Assembly: GCA_013239625.1 (NCBI GenBank)
Contig: MU053557.1
Location: 5,777,842-5,841,841 of the forward strand
Reading direction: 5' to 3'
Origin: Lama guanicoe
Taxonomy: Eukaryota
DNA: 64,000 bases
Positions 62,523 to 64,000 of the stretch are shown here, in pieces (position 1 is the first letter of the stretch; the number at the start of each line of letters is the position of its first letter). The position numbers and the translations under genes were made by a program. The notes beneath the pieces were generated by a model. The model was given only the letters and a program-made list of their open reading frames with translations. It did no database searches and had not been told where the DNA came from.

Positions 62523-62717
62523 CTGATAAAGAGCTGAGCTGAGTCATCTGTGGAGGAGAGAAGTCACATCGAGCTCCTCCGCGCTGCCGTCGATGTGGGA
62601 TTTTCCTCTTTGTCAGCTAGTCGACTGGCTGCCTTCCCCGGAGGCTTTGGGAACCGAGGCCGGCTCAGCATCCGGGGGAAGCTGGGCTGCAGGGAGGACC
62701 CAGCCGGAGTGAGTAAG
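62523..62717 (+). other. SYNPO: Candidate non-coding first exon of the short SYNPO isoform (start approximate)
   Basis: Begins ~25-30 nt after the TATA-like box and ends at donor TAAG|GTGAGC (62717/62718). The sequence resembles my recollection of the 5' end of the human short-isoform mRNA. Confidence 0.65.
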
Positions 62718-63799
62718 GTGAGCACCCAAAGGTGCCTTTGCGGTTTAGGGTGTGTGACTTGGGGCATTCTGCATCCCTCTTTGGTCTCAGTTCCCCTCTG
62801 GACATCAAGGGAGAGGCACGTGATGATTTCTGCCAGTTGGTTAGTGGCAGGGCTCCCCACTTCCATTCCTATGCATCTTTCGTGTCTGGCAGTCCTTCCC
62901 ACCTTAGTATGAATTATTCTCCTCCTGAGACGAGGCCTAGCAGTCTGCCGGGGCTCCATCAGGTTGCACTCACCAGGACTTTGGCATGGATGGAGAACTC
63001 CCTTGGGAATGGAGGCTGTGTCATTTCCTCCTTTCAGCAGGGAGGATGTGGGGCAGGGGCTGGCAAGGTAGCCAGGCCATTACTCAGGCCCAGTTCATCT
63101 TCCTGCCCCAGCTGAGGCTGAGCTTGTGCAGCGGCCAGCCATTGGTTCCTTCCTGACCCCACCAGGGGGGCAGTTTACCCAGCCTGTTTACCTGTCCCGT
63201 TGCCAAGACTCCCAGGCAGCCACAATGGGCCGTCTCCAGCCAGTCTCTATTCCTACCTCTGGCTCCCCGTCCCTCTCCACCCTACCCGGGGCCTGGGCAC
63301 TCCCACTGACGGCAGCCGTGTGAAGAAGCATTTCCTTGAATTCTCTCCCTGACCTGACCTTCTGCTCTGGCCTCCGTTCTCCTGCCCCACCTCCTTTGGA
63401 TCCTCAGTCCAAAAGGCCTGTGGCCGGCAGAACTGATTGCCTACAGAAATGATAGGGGTGGGAGAAAGGGCTTATCCCCATCAGAGCCCGACTTGAACTT
63501 GGGTCTCCTGACTCCCAATACTGTGCTCTTTCCACTCCACTGGTGTTTTAGTCCTAGCGGTCATTTCTGCCTTAGAAAGAATGCATTTATCAGCTCTTCT
63601 CCCGAGAGGCAGAAGGGAGAGAAAGCATGAGCTGTTCTAGGCAGCTGAGCGTGCAGAGGAGAGGGCACTGCTGGGGGTGCTGATCGCGAGCTGCGGAAAC
63701 AGAGGACTCTGCAGACCCCCATCCGGGTGCCCCAGAGCATCTACTGGTGCACCTCCTTCTAGAGTCAGGGTCTGGAGGGCAGGGGAGTTAGGAAATGAG

Positions 63800-63990
63800 A
63801 TTCAGCAACTGGACTTTGAGTTTTGAATCCCAGCTCTGCTATTTACAGGTTGTATGACCCTGGGCAGGTCTCTCTGAGCTCTGGTTTCAGCTGTTAACTG
63901 GGAAAACAATCATACTTCTCTCTTGGGGTTGTTGGGAGGACGGAACAAGAAGATGGGTACAAAGCGCATGCACAGCACTTTATACGGGGT
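63800..63990 (+). mobile_element. MIR SINE
   Basis: TTTGAATCCCAGCTCTGCTATTTACAGGTTGTATGACCCTGGGCAGG..GGGGTTGTTGGGAGGA. Confidence 0.75.
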
Positions 63991-64000
63991 CCTGGGCCAC

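Noticed and set aside
63159..63173. CTCF-like CCACCAGGGGGGCAG
   Set aside because: An extra G breaks the core spacing; cannot be supported without ChIP or conservation data.
244..63323. Hundreds of 60-256 aa ORFs in the six-frame track
   Set aside because: Expected in GC-rich mammalian DNA; many use non-ATG starts and show no recognisable homology. Only the SYNPO exon and the L1/ERV remnants are supported.
1..64000. CRISPR arrays, operons, rRNA or other prokaryote-type systems
   Set aside because: No repeat-spacer periodicity or structural RNA genes seen; the sequence is eutherian.

Overview
Mammalian genomic DNA, most likely a camelid (two tRNA-derived SINEs of the camelid Vic-1/VicSINE type; no Alu, Bov-A/tA, PRE1 or Can-SINE seen). 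The window holds the intergenic region upstream of synaptopodin (SYNPO, + strand) and the 5' part of the gene. The only protein-coding sequence I can support is the first coding exon of the long SYNPO isoform: acceptor 42576, ATG 42811, phase-1 donor 43207, 132 codons. The large main SYNPO exon lies beyond the right edge. Around this exon are up to five candidate alternative first exons with good GT donors (14551, 26717, ~40141, 48759, 62717) and two CpG islands, one broken by a 33-N gap. The rest is ordinary eutherian repeat content: a nested ERV/L1/SINE cluster in the first 3.5 kb, MIR, L2, L1M, MER5/33/53/63, MLT2 and microsatellites. I found no clearly new biological system. The best lead is what looks like a decayed ~210-codon N-terminal coding extension of SYNPO spread over a distal exon (~14.1-14.55 kb) and the '5'UTR' of the first coding exon. 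Gene and repeat family names come from recognition, not database searches; repeat boundaries and TSSs are approximate.
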